Shown: piece after piece, positions 17,723 to 27,737 of the stretch
Position numbering within the stretch: the first letter of the stretch is position 1
Layout of the letters: every line of letters begins with the position of its first letter
NCBI GenBank assembly: GCA_964401485.1
Contig: CAYNYL010000001.1
Coordinates: forward strand, 67,834 to 131,833
Source: an uncultured Gammaproteobacteria bacterium
Lineage (GTDB): Bacteria; Patescibacteriota; Patescibacteriia; UBA9934
Length of the DNA: 64,000 nt
Reading direction: 5' to 3'
Notes under the pieces: generated by a model
The model's database searches: none
The model's input: only the letters and a program-made list of their open reading frames with translations
Told to the model about the DNA's origin: nothing
Made by a program: the position numbers and the translations under genes

Positions 17723-18412
17723 TTATTGGCGACGTGTCGCTTGAGCTTTTTCAATTTTCTTCTCCGTTTCGTGCTCGAAGACTTCTCCTCGATAGATCCA
17801 AACCTTGATTCCGATCGTTCCCCAGATCGTGCTCGCGGTAACGCGCGCAAAATCGATGTCAGCTCGGAGGTTGTGGAGAGGAATGCTTCCTTCCGAAAGC
17901 ATTTCTCGACGGGCGATTTCCGCTCCGTTAAGTCGTCCTGAGAGCGCGATCTTTACTCCCTTCGCTCCGGACTTCATAACGCGCTCTCGCGCCATCTTCA
18001 TCGACCGGCGGAAAGGCATACGCTTTTCCGTTTCTTGCGCGATTTGTTGACCAACGATCGCGGCAGAAAGAGCCGGCTTCGCAACTTCTTGAATGTTCAA
18101 GTTAAGCGCTACTCGGCGACCTCGGTAGAAATTCGAAACGAGTTTCTTTTTGAGATCTTCGATTCCCGCTCCGGCGCGTCCAATGATAAATCCTGGCTTT
18201 GCCGCGGTAATCGTAACGGTAACCTTTTCTGCGTTTCGATCGATAAGGACCATGTCAACGCCCGCATCCTTCAATTCTTTCTTAAGGAACGCGCGAATAC
18301 GAACGTCCTCTCGAAGGAATGGAATAAATTTCGCTGCTCCTGCAAACCACTTCGAGTCCCAACCGTAAATCGTTTGGAGACGGAATGCTTTTGGATGAAT
18401 TTTTGTACCCAT
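17723..18412 (-). CDS. rpsC: 30S ribosomal protein S3
   Basis: KIHPKAFRL, SGRLNGAEIAR and GIKVWIY. Confidence 0.97.
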   Translation of the reverse strand: MGTKIHPKAFRLQTIYGWDSKWFAGAAKFIPFLREDVRIRAFLKKELKDAGVDMVLIDRNAEKVTVTITAAKPGFIIGRAGAGIEDLKKKLVSNFYRGRRVALNLNIQEVAKPALSAAIVGQQIAQETEKRMPFRRSMKMARERVMKSGAKGVKIALSGRLNGAEIARREMLSEGSIPLHNLRADIDFARVTASTIWGTIGIKVWIYRGEVFEHETEKKIEKAQATRRQ

Positions 18413-18420
18413 ATCATCGA

Positions 18421-18789
18421 TTATTTAACCGCCTTCTTAGCAACCTTCTCAACCGGAGCATCGTTTGAAACGACAATCGTGATGTGAGACATGCGCTTAC
18501 GAATTGGAGTTGCGCGACCCTGTGCTCGAGGAGTTACGCGGTGAATGACGGGACCTGGATTCACAAACGCTTGCGCGATTACGAGTCCGTCCGCCGTTCC
18601 CTTTTGGTTGTTCACCAAGTTCGCAACTGCAGAGTTCAAGACCTTAAGAACCGGCTTAGCCGCGGCCTTGGTTGAGAACTGCAATTGGAGACGTGCCTGT
18701 TCAATCGACATTCCTCGCACCAAGTTCACGACAAGTCGTGTCTTTCGTGGAGACATGCGGATGAATTTTGCTTCTGCTTTAGCTTGCAT
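18421..18789 (-). CDS. rplV: 50S ribosomal protein L22
   Basis: SPRKTRLV and PRAQGRA..IRKR.SHITI. Confidence 0.96.
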   Translation of the reverse strand: MQAKAEAKFIRMSPRKTRLVVNLVRGMSIEQARLQLQFSTKAAAKPVLKVLNSAVANLVNNQKGTADGLVIAQAFVNPGPVIHRVTPRAQGRATPIRKRMSHITIVVSNDAPVEKVAKKAVK

Positions 18790-18798
18790 ATGATATCG

Positions 18799-19074
18799 CT
18801 ATTTTGCCGCAACCTCAGCAACCTTTCCTCCATGACGTGTAAATCGTCGTGTTGGAGCAAATTCGCCAAGTCGGTGACCAACCATGTTTTCCACGATCTT
18901 CACCTTAATATGTTCACGACCATTATGAACGGCAATGGTAAACCCGACCATCTCTGGAGTGATGGTTGAAGCGCGCGCCCAGGTCTTGATCGCAGCTCCC
19001 GTTGGGGTGCTCTTTGCGACCTTCTCCATGAGACGTGCGTCAACGTATGGTCCTTTTTTCAAGCTTCGTGACAT
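18799..19074 (-). CDS. rpsS: 30S ribosomal protein S19
   Basis: [10 protein letters not shown] and [11 protein letters not shown]. Confidence 0.97.
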   Translation of the reverse strand: MSRSLKKGPYVDARLMEKVAKSTPTGAAIKTWARASTITPEMVGFTIAVHNGREHIKVKIVENMVGHRLGEFAPTRRFTRHGGKVAEVAAK

Positions 19075-19077
19075 AAA

Positions 19078-19914
19078 TTAGTTATTCTTCTTATTTCGGC
19101 GTCGGATGATCAATGCATCAGACGATCGCTTTCGGCGTGACTTCACACCAAGAGCCGGCTTACCCTTCGGAGTCTTTGGATTCTTGAGACCGATTGAGTT
19201 TCGTCCCTCTCCTCCTCCGTGTGGGTGGTCTACTGGGTTCATCGCCTTTCCACGAACGGTTGGGCGGAATCCTCGGTGTCGTGTTCGTCCTGCCTTTCCC
19301 CAGCGAACAAGTCGCCAGTCAGGGTTCGAAACGTTTCCGATACTTGCCATACAGGTCGAAGGCACCATTCGTACCTCGCCCGACGGAAGTTGGATTGTTG
19401 CAAAATCTCCCTCGATCGCGAGAAGAAGCGCGCTTCCTCCCGCTCCTCGAACCATCTGTCCACCACGTCCTGGTTGCAACTCGATGTTGTAGATCGACAT
19501 TCCTTCCGGAATAACTGCGAGCGCGAATCGATTTCCTGGCTTTGGATCACCTTTGGACTTCGACGCAACGATTTGCATCCCTACTTCGAGACCAGCTGGC
19601 GCGAGAACGTAGCGTCGCTCCCCGTCTGCGTAGGCAACGAGCGCGATACGAGCTCCACGGTTTGGATCGTACTCGATCGTTTGGACGGTCGCTGGGATAT
19701 CGAGTTTATCGAACTTCCAGTCGATTACGCGTACGCGTTGCTTCGCTCCACCTCCTCGGTGTCGAACGGTGATTTTTCCACCCGTTCGTCCCGCGAATTC
19801 CTTACGTGCAACAGTAAGTTTCTTGAGTGGCTTCTTTGTTGTTACATCTTTGAACGATTGTACGCTTGAATTGCGTCGACCGGCCGATGTTGGCTTGTAA
19901 ATTCTGATACTCAT
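19078..19914 (-). CDS. rplB: 50S ribosomal protein L2
   Basis: IEYDPNR and AMNPVDHPHGGGEG. Confidence 0.97.
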   Translation of the reverse strand: MSIRIYKPTSAGRRNSSVQSFKDVTTKKPLKKLTVARKEFAGRTGGKITVRHRGGGAKQRVRVIDWKFDKLDIPATVQTIEYDPNRGARIALVAYADGERRYVLAPAGLEVGMQIVASKSKGDPKPGNRFALAVIPEGMSIYNIELQPGRGGQMVRGAGGSALLLAIEGDFATIQLPSGEVRMVPSTCMASIGNVSNPDWRLVRWGKAGRTRHRGFRPTVRGKAMNPVDHPHGGGEGRNSIGLKNPKTPKGKPALGVKSRRKRSSDALIIRRRNKKNN

Positions 19915-19915
19915 A

Positions 19916-20356
19916 TTAGACGCCTTCAAAAATATCTACCTTAGAACCCTTTGGAAGGAAGATCATTGCCTTCTTTACGTTGCTCTGTCGTCCCATTGTT
20001 CGACCAAAGCGTACGGCAGCACCGCGTACATTGATAATGTTAACGCGAACTGGGCGCACTCCGTAAACGGCAGCGAATGCCTTTTGTACTTCGATGCGCG
20101 TTGCGCTCTTTCGTACTTCAAATGCAATCACGCTTGCTTCGGAAAGACGCGCCGTCTTCTCCGAAATAACTGGTCGAAGAAGAACTTCAGCGGTTTGCTT
20201 TGTCATTCCTTTCACGGTCTTTTTTGCTTCAGTCGCTTTTGCCTTCTTTGCCGCAGGCTTTTTCGCGGTTTTACCTTCCGACTTTTTTGCTTTCGAAGTG
20301 GCGGTTTCCTCCATAGGTTGCTCGCCTTGCTTCTTGAATCGATCGAGAATACTCAT
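19916..20356 (-). CDS. rplW: 50S ribosomal protein L23 with a Lys/Ala-rich N-terminal extension
   Basis: RPVISEK...KKAMIFL core preceded by about 50 low-complexity residues. Confidence 0.92.
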   Translation of the reverse strand: MSILDRFKKQGEQPMEETATSKAKKSEGKTAKKPAAKKAKATEAKKTVKGMTKQTAEVLLRPVISEKTARLSEASVIAFEVRKSATRIEVQKAFAAVYGVRPVRVNIINVRGAAVRFGRTMGRQSNVKKAMIFLPKGSKVDIFEGV

Positions 20357-20357
20357 A

Positions 20358-20990
20358 TTAGTTTGCGTACATCGCCGTTAATTCTTCGAGCGACTTCTTT
20401 GAAACGATAATCGTGTCGTACTTCAATACGTCGCGAACGTTCAAGCTTTGGCTAAAGAGCGTTGCCGTCTTTTCCAAGTTCTTCGCTCCAAGCCGTACCG
20501 CTACGTCATCTTTTGACGTAACAAAGAGGACAGACTTTCCAACAACCGGAAGCGCTTGTTTCAATGCCCCAACCGATTTTGTCTTATTTGCGTCAAGCTC
20601 AAAACTCTCAACAACAAGGAGTGCATCGTTTGCAACCTTATCGGTAAGCGCCATTGCAAGCGCCTTTCGACGTGCCTTTTTATTGATCTTCAAGAAGAAG
20701 TTTCGGAATGCATTTGGTCCAAAGGTTACTCCTCCACCAACCCAAATTGGTGATCGGCGCGAACCGTGACGTGCTCGTGCTGTTCCCTTTTGTTTCCAAG
20801 GCTTCTTTCCCGTTCCAGCAACTTCTGAACGATCTTTTGTATGCGCGTAGACAGTGCGTCCATTTGTTTCTTGTGCGCGTACCGCGTCATGAATCAATGT
20901 TGACGTCGCAGGAACAGCAAACAATGCATCGTTTAACTCAACGCTTCCTTGTTTTTCACCTGTTCGTGTATAGAGGGTTACTTCTGCCAT
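20358..20990 (-). CDS. rplD: 50S ribosomal protein L4
   Basis: KPWKQKGTARARHGS.RSPIW.GGG. Confidence 0.96.
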   Translation of the reverse strand: MAEVTLYTRTGEKQGSVELNDALFAVPATSTLIHDAVRAQETNGRTVYAHTKDRSEVAGTGKKPWKQKGTARARHGSRRSPIWVGGGVTFGPNAFRNFFLKINKKARRKALAMALTDKVANDALLVVESFELDANKTKSVGALKQALPVVGKSVLFVTSKDDVAVRLGAKNLEKTATLFSQSLNVRDVLKYDTIIVSKKSLEELTAMYAN

Positions 20991-21598
20991 ACATTTCCAT
21001 CAGTTGCGACGACGGTGACGAGGCTTCCCCGGCTTCCCGGTACCGCACCTTTAACCGCAAGTAAATTATTTTTTGTATCAACGGCTACGATCTCGAGGTT
21101 CTTTACAGTGACGCGATCCGATCCCATGCGTCCACCCATGCGCATTCCTTTGAATACGCGTTGGATTCCACCGGCTCCGATCGAACCTGACTTACGAAGC
21201 TGATCCTTGTGTCCGTGAGTCGTTGGGTGTCCGTGGAAACCATGGCGCTTAACAACACCTTGGAACCCTTTACCCTTCGACGTTCCGATCACATCGATCT
21301 TCTCGCCTTCTGTAAATACCGTAACATCTAGGACCTTACCTCGCTCGAGTGACGTATCATCCGTTGCGACCTCCTTTAAATCGGAGAAGCTACCGAGATC
21401 TCCAAACTCACCTTTCTGTGCTTTTGCGAGATGCTTCGCTTCACCGAATCCCAATACAACCGCGCGCGCGCCGTTTGCTTGGGTTTTGACCGCGGTGATC
21501 GTACATGGACCAGCTTGAATCATGGTCACTGGTACAACCGTTCCGTCAGTCTTAAAGACTTGCGTCATTTCCAACTTTTTCCCTAAGAGGACTTTCAT
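20978..21598 (-). CDS. rplC: 50S ribosomal protein L3
   Basis: GKKLEMTQVF, SKGKGFQGVVKRH and KGAVPG. Confidence 0.96.
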   Translation of the reverse strand: MKVLLGKKLEMTQVFKTDGTVVPVTMIQAGPCTITAVKTQANGARAVVLGFGEAKHLAKAQKGEFGDLGSFSDLKEVATDDTSLERGKVLDVTVFTEGEKIDVIGTSKGKGFQGVVKRHGFHGHPTTHGHKDQLRKSGSIGAGGIQRVFKGMRMGGRMGSDRVTVKNLEIVAVDTKNNLLAVKGAVPGSRGSLVTVVATDGNVWQK

Positions 21599-21890
21599 AT
21601 TATTCATTAGGCCTGGTCGCGGCAAAGTATGCCGTACAAAAAACCAGAAGACGTTATCCATCACCTGATAGAAAACAGCTTCTAGTTCTCAAATTTCTCC
21701 TCCGTGATTTTGAGAATGATGTGGTTAATTAATGGACTCGGTTCCTTTCTATCCTTGGAAGAAGCGGCGAGTAGGTTTTCTCCGTAGAGATCTTATACTC
21801 GGTTCGACTCAAGAACGTTTTTTGGTTTTGAACCCGCGAGAGACCTCCACCTCTCGCCGGGTCAAAACCGGCTGCCCCAAGGGGCGTTTA
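21599..21890 (-). promoter_or_regulatory. Structured rpsJ-rplC intercistronic region, candidate r-protein leader or attenuator
   Basis: ~290 nt non-coding; long hairpins at 21824-21869 and 21644-21685, the latter followed by a U-tract. Confidence 0.55.
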
Positions 21891-22226
21891 TTACATTTTG
21901 ATTTCAACGTCGACTCCGGACGGAAGGTTCAAGGTCATAAGAGCATCCATTGTTCCTTCTGTTGGGTTAACGATATCGATCAAGCGCTTATGAATGCGCA
22001 TCTCGTACTGATCGCGTGACTTTTTATGGACGAACGTCGATCGGTTAACGGTGTAGCGTCGTTTCTCGGTTGGAAGCGGCACTGGACCAAGGATTGTCGC
22101 CCCTGTTCGTTGCGCCGTCTTCACAATCGTATCGGTTGCCGTGTCGATGATCTTGTGATCATAGGCGCGGATCTTGATACGAATCCGTTGTTTAACTTCC
22201 TCCGAAGTGTTTGTTTTAGCATTCAT
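21891..22226 (-). CDS. rpsJ: 30S ribosomal protein S10
   Basis: [18 protein letters not shown] and HKRLIDI. Confidence 0.97.
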   Translation of the reverse strand: MNAKTNTSEEVKQRIRIKIRAYDHKIIDTATDTIVKTAQRTGATILGPVPLPTEKRRYTVNRSTFVHKKSRDQYEMRIHKRLIDIVNPTEGTMDALMTLNLPSGVDVEIKM

Positions 22227-22240
22227 AGAAAGAACGATTC

Positions 22241-22272
22241 AGCAAAAAGGAAAAGGCCGAAGCCCTTTCCTA
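22241..22272 (-). terminator. Terminator after tuf
   Basis: Minus strand AGGAAAGGGC-TTCG-GCCTTTTCCT-TTTT. Confidence 0.75.
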
Positions 22273-22282
22273 TTTGACATTA

Positions 22283-23461
22283 TTACTCAACAATTTTGGT
22301 TACAACTCCAGCTCCAACTGTTCGTCCACCTTCGCGGATCGCAAAGCGCATTTGCTCTTCGATAGCAACTGGTGAAATAAGTTGGATGGTCGTGTTAACG
22401 GTGTCTCCAGGCATAACCATTTCTGTTCCTGCTGGAAGTTCTACAAGCTCTCCGGTTACGTCCGTTGTTCGGATGTAGAATTGTGGCTTGTATCCCTTGA
22501 AGAATGGCTTGTGTCGTCCACCCTCTTCCTTCGTCAACGCGTAGATTTCCGCTTCAAATTTCGTGTGTGGTTTTACCGCACCGATCTTTGAAAGCACCAT
22601 TCCTCGCTCAACATCTTCCTTCTTGATACCTCGAAGAAGAAGTCCGGCATTGTCTCCAGCCTTTCCTTCGCTAAGTTGCTTGTTGAACATTTCGATTCCG
22701 GTAACAACGGTCTTAACCGTGTCTCGGAGTCCTACCATTTCTACTTCATCGTTCAAGTTAACCATTCCTCGCTCGATACGTCCCGTTACAACGGTTCCTC
22801 GTCCTTCGATTGAGAACACGTCTTCGATTGGCATCAAGAATGGCTTCGCTGTATCTCGAACAGGCTCTGGGATGTATTCATCGAGGGCCTTGATAAGCGA
22901 TTTGATCGAATCTTGCGCAGCAGCATCTCCCTCTACAGCCTTAAGAGCTGAACCACGGATGATTGGGGTTGTGTCGCCTGGGTACTCGTACTTCTTCAAA
23001 AGATCACGAACTTCTTCCTCAACGAGGTCGATAAGTTCTGGATCGTCAACCATATCAACCTTGTTCAAGAAAACAACGATGTATGGAACTCCAACTTGGC
23101 GAGCAAGAAGGATGTGCTCTCGTGTTTGTGGCATCGGACCGTCTGCTGCCGAAACAACAAGGATCGCTCCGTCCATTTGAGCCGCTCCCGTAATCATGTT
23201 CTTTACGTAGTCAGCGTGTCCTGGACAGTCAACGTGCGCGTAGTGACGAGCTTCAGACTCGTACTCAACGTGCGATGTCGAAATCGTAATACCTCGCTCT
23301 CGTTCTTCTGGAGCGTTGTCGATTTGGCTGTAGTCCTTCTTTTGGTTCGAAGGTGAGTAAAGAATAGAAAGCGCTGCAGTAAGCGTTGTCTTACCATGGT
23401 CGACGTGACCAATGGTTCCGACGTTTACGTGTGGCTTTGAGCGATCAAATAGTTCGGCCAT
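22283..23461 (-). CDS. tuf: Elongation factor Tu
   Basis: [24 protein letters not shown] and NKVD; own TTGCGC-17-TATACT promoter upstream. Confidence 0.98.
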   Translation of the reverse strand: MAELFDRSKPHVNVGTIGHVDHGKTTLTAALSILYSPSNQKKDYSQIDNAPEERERGITISTSHVEYESEARHYAHVDCPGHADYVKNMITGAAQMDGAILVVSAADGPMPQTREHILLARQVGVPYIVVFLNKVDMVDDPELIDLVEEEVRDLLKKYEYPGDTTPIIRGSALKAVEGDAAAQDSIKSLIKALDEYIPEPVRDTAKPFLMPIEDVFSIEGRGTVVTGRIERGMVNLNDEVEMVGLRDTVKTVVTGIEMFNKQLSEGKAGDNAGLLLRGIKKEDVERGMVLSKIGAVKPHTKFEAEIYALTKEEGGRHKPFFKGYKPQFYIRTTDVTGELVELPAGTEMVMPGDTVNTTIQLISPVAIEEQMRFAIREGGRTVGAGVVTKIVE

Positions 23462-23531
23462 AGTGTGTTAATTTAAGTGCGAAAAGTATACCAAATGCCT
23501 TGAAAAAGCGCAAGTCTTTGCCGTAACGCGC

Positions 23532-23858
23532 CTACTCGATTGGCTCGAGATAGAACTGTTCCTCGCCAAAAGTGCCTGAAGTTGGCTCTTTTTCTTGGAT
23601 TTCTTCGAGGGTCGGAACCTCAAAATCCTCTTCATTTACGGGGCTTTTTTCAATTACCGGCTCCTCGGGCCTTGTAACCTCCTCAAGAGGCTCGTCGTGA
23701 CCATGGTCGTGGTCGTGCGCGTGGTCGATCAATTCCTCGAAAACCGCGAGGGGGAGAAGGACTTGTGGCTCGTCATCTTCCCGATCACTTGTCACGATCA
23801 CCGGAGCCCCCGTTTTTTGAGCGATTTGGATTAATCGCTCGAGTCTTGGATATGCCAT
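23532..23858 (-). CDS. Hypothetical acidic protein between fusA and tuf
   Basis: 108-aa ORF with TAAGAT -10 box 9 nt before the ATG, HAHDHDHGHD stretch and EEQFYLEPIE C-terminus. Confidence 0.7.
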   Translation of the reverse strand: MAYPRLERLIQIAQKTGAPVIVTSDREDDEPQVLLPLAVFEELIDHAHDHDHGHDEPLEEVTRPEEPVIEKSPVNEEDFEVPTLEEIQEKEPTSGTFGEEQFYLEPIE

Positions 23859-23899
23859 ATACCCCGCATCTTAACGGATATTGCCAGTCCGTCAATACG

Positions 23900-23925
23900 A
23901 AAAAACGCCCGTTTTGGGCGTTTTC
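23900..23925 (-). terminator. Terminator after fusA
   Basis: AAAACGCCC-GTTTT-GGGCGTTTT palindrome. Confidence 0.75.
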
Positions 23926-23927
23926 TC

Positions 23928-26012
23928 TTAACCTTTTCGTTTTGCAATAATTTCGGTCGCAACGTTTGATGGAACTTCTTGGTATTCGTAGAACTCCATC
24001 GAGTAGCTCGCGCGTCCCTGCGTAATCGAGCGAAGGCTCGTCGCGTATCCGAACATTTCGGAAAGTGGCACGATCGCGAGAACCGTCTTTACGTTTCCTC
24101 GATCACCCATTTCTTGGATTTGCGCGCGCTTTGAGTTCAAGTCTCCAACAACGGTTCCCATGAAATCTTCAGGGGTCACCGCTTCAACCTTCATCATCGG
24201 CTCAAGAATAACCGGTTTCGCTTTCTTTACCGCTTCTTGTACCGCGAGCGAACCAGCCATCTTAAAGGCCGCTTCGTTCGAGTCAACGTCATGGTAGGAA
24301 CCGTCAAAAACGGTTACCTTTACGTTAATCATTGGGTATCCAGCGATAATTCCGCGCTCAAGCGCTTCCTTCGCTCCCTTTCCAACTGGAGCAATGTATT
24401 CGCGAGGAATCGCTCCTCCCTTTACTTCGTCAACGAATTCGAACGGAAGAGCTTCAGGTCCGGTCGCAGGCTCAACGCGCACCCAGGCATGACCATACTG
24501 TCCACGTCCTCCGGATTGCTTTACGTATTTTCCTTCTCCTTCTGCGGATTGTCGGATCGTTTCACGGTAGCTTACCTGCGGTCGACCAACGTTTGCCGTT
24601 ACGCCGTACTCGCGCTTCATTCGGTCAACAATGATTTCAAGGTGAAGTTCTCCCATTCCTGAGATAATCGTTTGAAGGGTATCTTCATCCGTTCGAACGC
24701 GGAACGTTGGATCTTCTTCCGCAAGCTTTTGAAGCGCCATCGAAAGCTTCTCTTGGTCAGCCTTCGTCGCCGGCTCAAGCGCAAGCGAGATAACCGGTTC
24801 TGGGAAGGTAATCGACTCAAGAACGATTGGGTGATCCGGGTCACACATCGTGTGTCCAGTAAACGTTCCCTTAAGTCCTACCGCTGCGGCGATTTCTCCC
24901 GCATACACCTCCTCTACGTCTTCACGCGAGTTAGCGTGGAGTCGAACAATTCGAGAAATTCGCTCTTTTTGACCAGTGCTTGAGTTCAAGACATATGAAC
25001 CAGCTTTAAGCGAACCCGAATAGACACGGAAGAACGCAAGCTTTCCAACAAACGGATCCGCCGCGATCTTAAACGCAAGAGCGGAAAACGGTTCGCTATC
25101 CGAAGTCTTTCGTTCAATCACTTTTTCTGGTTCATCAGGATCAAATCCTTCAACCGGAGGAACATCAAGTGGGGACGGAAGGTAGGCAACAACACCATCA
25201 AGCATCGCTTGTACTCCTTTGTTTTTAAGCGCCGATCCGCAGAGAACTGGGAAAATATTGAGAGAAAGGGTTGCTTTACGCAAAATGCGCTTAAGTTCAT
25301 CCATCGGGATCTCTTCCCCCGAAAGATACTTGTCCATCGCGACTTCGTCGTTTTCTACGATCGCTTCAACAAGACGCGCGCGCCATTCCTTTGCCGTTTC
25401 CGCGTAATCCGCAGGGATTTCGATCTCATCGATCTTCTTTCCTTCATCATCGCGGTACATGTGCGCCTTCATCGTAAACAAATCGATAATTCCTTCGAAT
25501 TTATCTTCTGTTCCGATTGGAAGTTGGATTGGGTGGGCATTTGGGGTAAGTCGCGTTCGGATTGATTGAACATCCTTATAAAAGTCCGCACCTGTTCGGT
25601 CGAGCTTGTTAATGAAACAAATTCGAGGAACTTTGTATTTATCCGCTTGTCGCCAAACGGTTTCAGATTGTGGCTCAACTCCCGCAACTCCATCAAATAC
25701 CGTTACACCTCCGTCAAGAACACGAAGCGAACGCTCAACTTCAACAGTGAAGTCTACGTGTCCAGGGGTGTCGATAATGTTAATTCGGTGATCCTTCCAG
25801 AAACAGGTGGTCGCGGCAGCCGTAATCGTAATTCCACGCTCCTGCTCTTGCTCCATCCAGTCCATCGTTGCCTCTCCTTCGTGTACTTCTCCAATTTTGT
25901 GCTTCTTTCCGGTATAGAAGAGCACGCGCTCGGTTGTCGTTGTCTTACCAGCGTCAATGTGCGCAATAATTCCGATGTTTCGGGTCTTGTCTAAGGAGTA
26001 GTCTCGAGGCAT
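23928..26012 (-). CDS. fusA: Elongation factor G
   Basis: [17 protein letters not shown] and GMGELHLEI; 694 aa. Confidence 0.98.
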   Translation of the reverse strand: MPRDYSLDKTRNIGIIAHIDAGKTTTTERVLFYTGKKHKIGEVHEGEATMDWMEQEQERGITITAAATTCFWKDHRINIIDTPGHVDFTVEVERSLRVLDGGVTVFDGVAGVEPQSETVWRQADKYKVPRICFINKLDRTGADFYKDVQSIRTRLTPNAHPIQLPIGTEDKFEGIIDLFTMKAHMYRDDEGKKIDEIEIPADYAETAKEWRARLVEAIVENDEVAMDKYLSGEEIPMDELKRILRKATLSLNIFPVLCGSALKNKGVQAMLDGVVAYLPSPLDVPPVEGFDPDEPEKVIERKTSDSEPFSALAFKIAADPFVGKLAFFRVYSGSLKAGSYVLNSSTGQKERISRIVRLHANSREDVEEVYAGEIAAAVGLKGTFTGHTMCDPDHPIVLESITFPEPVISLALEPATKADQEKLSMALQKLAEEDPTFRVRTDEDTLQTIISGMGELHLEIIVDRMKREYGVTANVGRPQVSYRETIRQSAEGEGKYVKQSGGRGQYGHAWVRVEPATGPEALPFEFVDEVKGGAIPREYIAPVGKGAKEALERGIIAGYPMINVKVTVFDGSYHDVDSNEAAFKMAGSLAVQEAVKKAKPVILEPMMKVEAVTPEDFMGTVVGDLNSKRAQIQEMGDRGNVKTVLAIVPLSEMFGYATSLRSITQGRASYSMEFYEYQEVPSNVATEIIAKRKG

Positions 26013-26034
26013 ATGATAAACGTTTTGATAGAGA

Positions 26035-26505
26035 TTAGCGTCGTGCGAAGTGGGCGAAGGCGCGGTTTGCGTCGGCCATCTTTTGGACGTCTTGTCGCTT
26101 CTTTACCGCTGATCCTTCATTATTTGCTGCGTCCATGATTTCGGTCGCGAGTCGTTCCGCCATCGGCTTTCCTTTTCGGGCGCGTGCAGCTGCGAGCATC
26201 CACCTAAACGCGAGGGCCTGTCGGCGCTCTCCGCGTACTGGAACTGGAATCTGGTAGTTTGCTCCTCCAACACGCTTTGATTTTACTTCAACCGCTGGCA
26301 TCACGTTCTTCATCGCGGTGTCGAACACGTCAATCGACTTTTGCTTTGTTTTCTTTTCGATTACTTCAAAGGCATCGTAGACAATTCGTTCTGCAACGGT
26401 CTTTTTTCCGTCATGCATGACGTAGTTTACGAGTTTAGAAACAACAACGCTCCCGTATTTAAAATCGGGACGAGTAATTCTGACTGGGGCTTGCTTTCCA
26501 CGCAT
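26035..26505 (-). CDS. rpsG: 30S ribosomal protein S7
   Basis: [10 protein letters not shown] and ANRAFAHF. Confidence 0.97.
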   Translation of the reverse strand: MRGKQAPVRITRPDFKYGSVVVSKLVNYVMHDGKKTVAERIVYDAFEVIEKKTKQKSIDVFDTAMKNVMPAVEVKSKRVGGANYQIPVPVRGERRQALAFRWMLAAARARKGKPMAERLATEIMDAANNEGSAVKKRQDVQKMADANRAFAHFARR

Positions 26506-26572
26506 AGGTATATTGGTTCCGTTTGCTTTCGCAACTTCCCGTGTGGTTTGACGGTACTACGGATGGTTAAAT

Positions 26573-27001
26573 TTAGGATTTCTTAACTTTCGGACGCTTT
26601 GTACCGTACTTCGATCGTCCACGTCGGCGCGATTCGATACCGGTCGTATCATATCGTCCTCGAACGATGTGGTAACGCACACCCGGAAGATCTTTTACTT
26701 TTCCTCCACGGATCATTACGATCGAGTGCTCTTGGAGGTTGTGTCCTTCTCCTGGGATATAAGCGTTTACTTCTTGACCATTAGAAAGTCGAACACGAGC
26801 GACTTTTCGAAGAGCCGAGTTCGGTTTCTTTGGGGTCATTGTCATTACGCGCGTACAAACTCCTCGCTTGTAAGGCGCTCCACGGCTTAACGTCGTTTTC
26901 TTGCGGTGCAAGGTGTCGAGCGTGAACTGCATCGCAGGCGACTTTGATTTTCGCTTCGATGTTGTTCGGTTTTTTCGAATCAACTGGTTGATCGTAGGCA
27001 T
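26573..27001 (-). CDS. rpsL: 30S ribosomal protein S12
   Basis: [17 protein letters not shown] and KDLPGVRYH. Confidence 0.98.
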   Translation of the reverse strand: MPTINQLIRKNRTTSKRKSKSPAMQFTLDTLHRKKTTLSRGAPYKRGVCTRVMTMTPKKPNSALRKVARVRLSNGQEVNAYIPGEGHNLQEHSIVMIRGGKVKDLPGVRYHIVRGRYDTTGIESRRRGRSKYGTKRPKVKKS

Positions 27002-27062
27002 AATAAATGTGGGCAAAGTGTAGCATGACCCCTAAAAACGGTCAATATTCGGGCCCCTCGCG

Positions 27063-27737
27063 TCAAAAAACGCTCGAGAGGACCTCAAAACAGGCGCCAT
27101 TTGTTAGGAGTTCACAGGCAATTCCCGACGGAATACTGACAAAAAAGAACGGGTTTATACGCGTTGTTATTGATAAAATCACAAGAAAAAGGAGGACAGT
27201 TGGGGCATACTGACGAATCGCCTCGCGCGTTCGTTGCTCATGTGGTTTATCAAGAACAAGGTCAAGAACCTTCGAGCCGTCAAGCGGATCAAGGGGAATT
27301 AAGTTAAATATCGCGAGCGAAAGGTTAATAATGACCATCGCGACAAGAAACAAGGTCAATCCCGAGCCGAGCCCGATAAGCCCCAAGGCCGTAAGAACCG
27401 CAAATATCCCCGAAGAAAGAAGCGCTAGAAAAAGATTTGAAGCGGGACCCGCGAGAGCGATATGGAAGGCGTCACGCTTTGGGTTTGCGAGGTTATACGG
27501 ATTGTAAGGAACCGGTTGTGCCCAACCGAATCCAACGAATAAAAACATGATAAACCCCATTGGTGAAATATGGGCAAGCGGATTAATCGTTAGCCGACCT
27601 GCGAGTTTTGCTGTTCTATCCCCTTTTAGCGTCCCAACGAGCGCATGGGCAAATTCGTGGAATGAGAGGGAGATCAAAATTGCAATGAGCCAAATTAGAG
27701 CCGTGATCGGGCTCAAAAAAAACAAATCAATCAGCAT
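27063..27737 (-). CDS. Site-2 protease (M50) family membrane metalloprotease
   Basis: HEFAH and FNLIPLDPLDG motifs. Confidence 0.92.
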   Translation of the reverse strand: MLIDLFFLSPITALIWLIAILISLSFHEFAHALVGTLKGDRTAKLAGRLTINPLAHISPMGFIMFLFVGFGWAQPVPYNPYNLANPKRDAFHIALAGPASNLFLALLSSGIFAVLTALGLIGLGSGLTLFLVAMVIINLSLAIFNLIPLDPLDGSKVLDLVLDKPHEQRTREAIRQYAPTVLLFLVILSITTRINPFFFVSIPSGIACELLTNGACFEVLSSVF

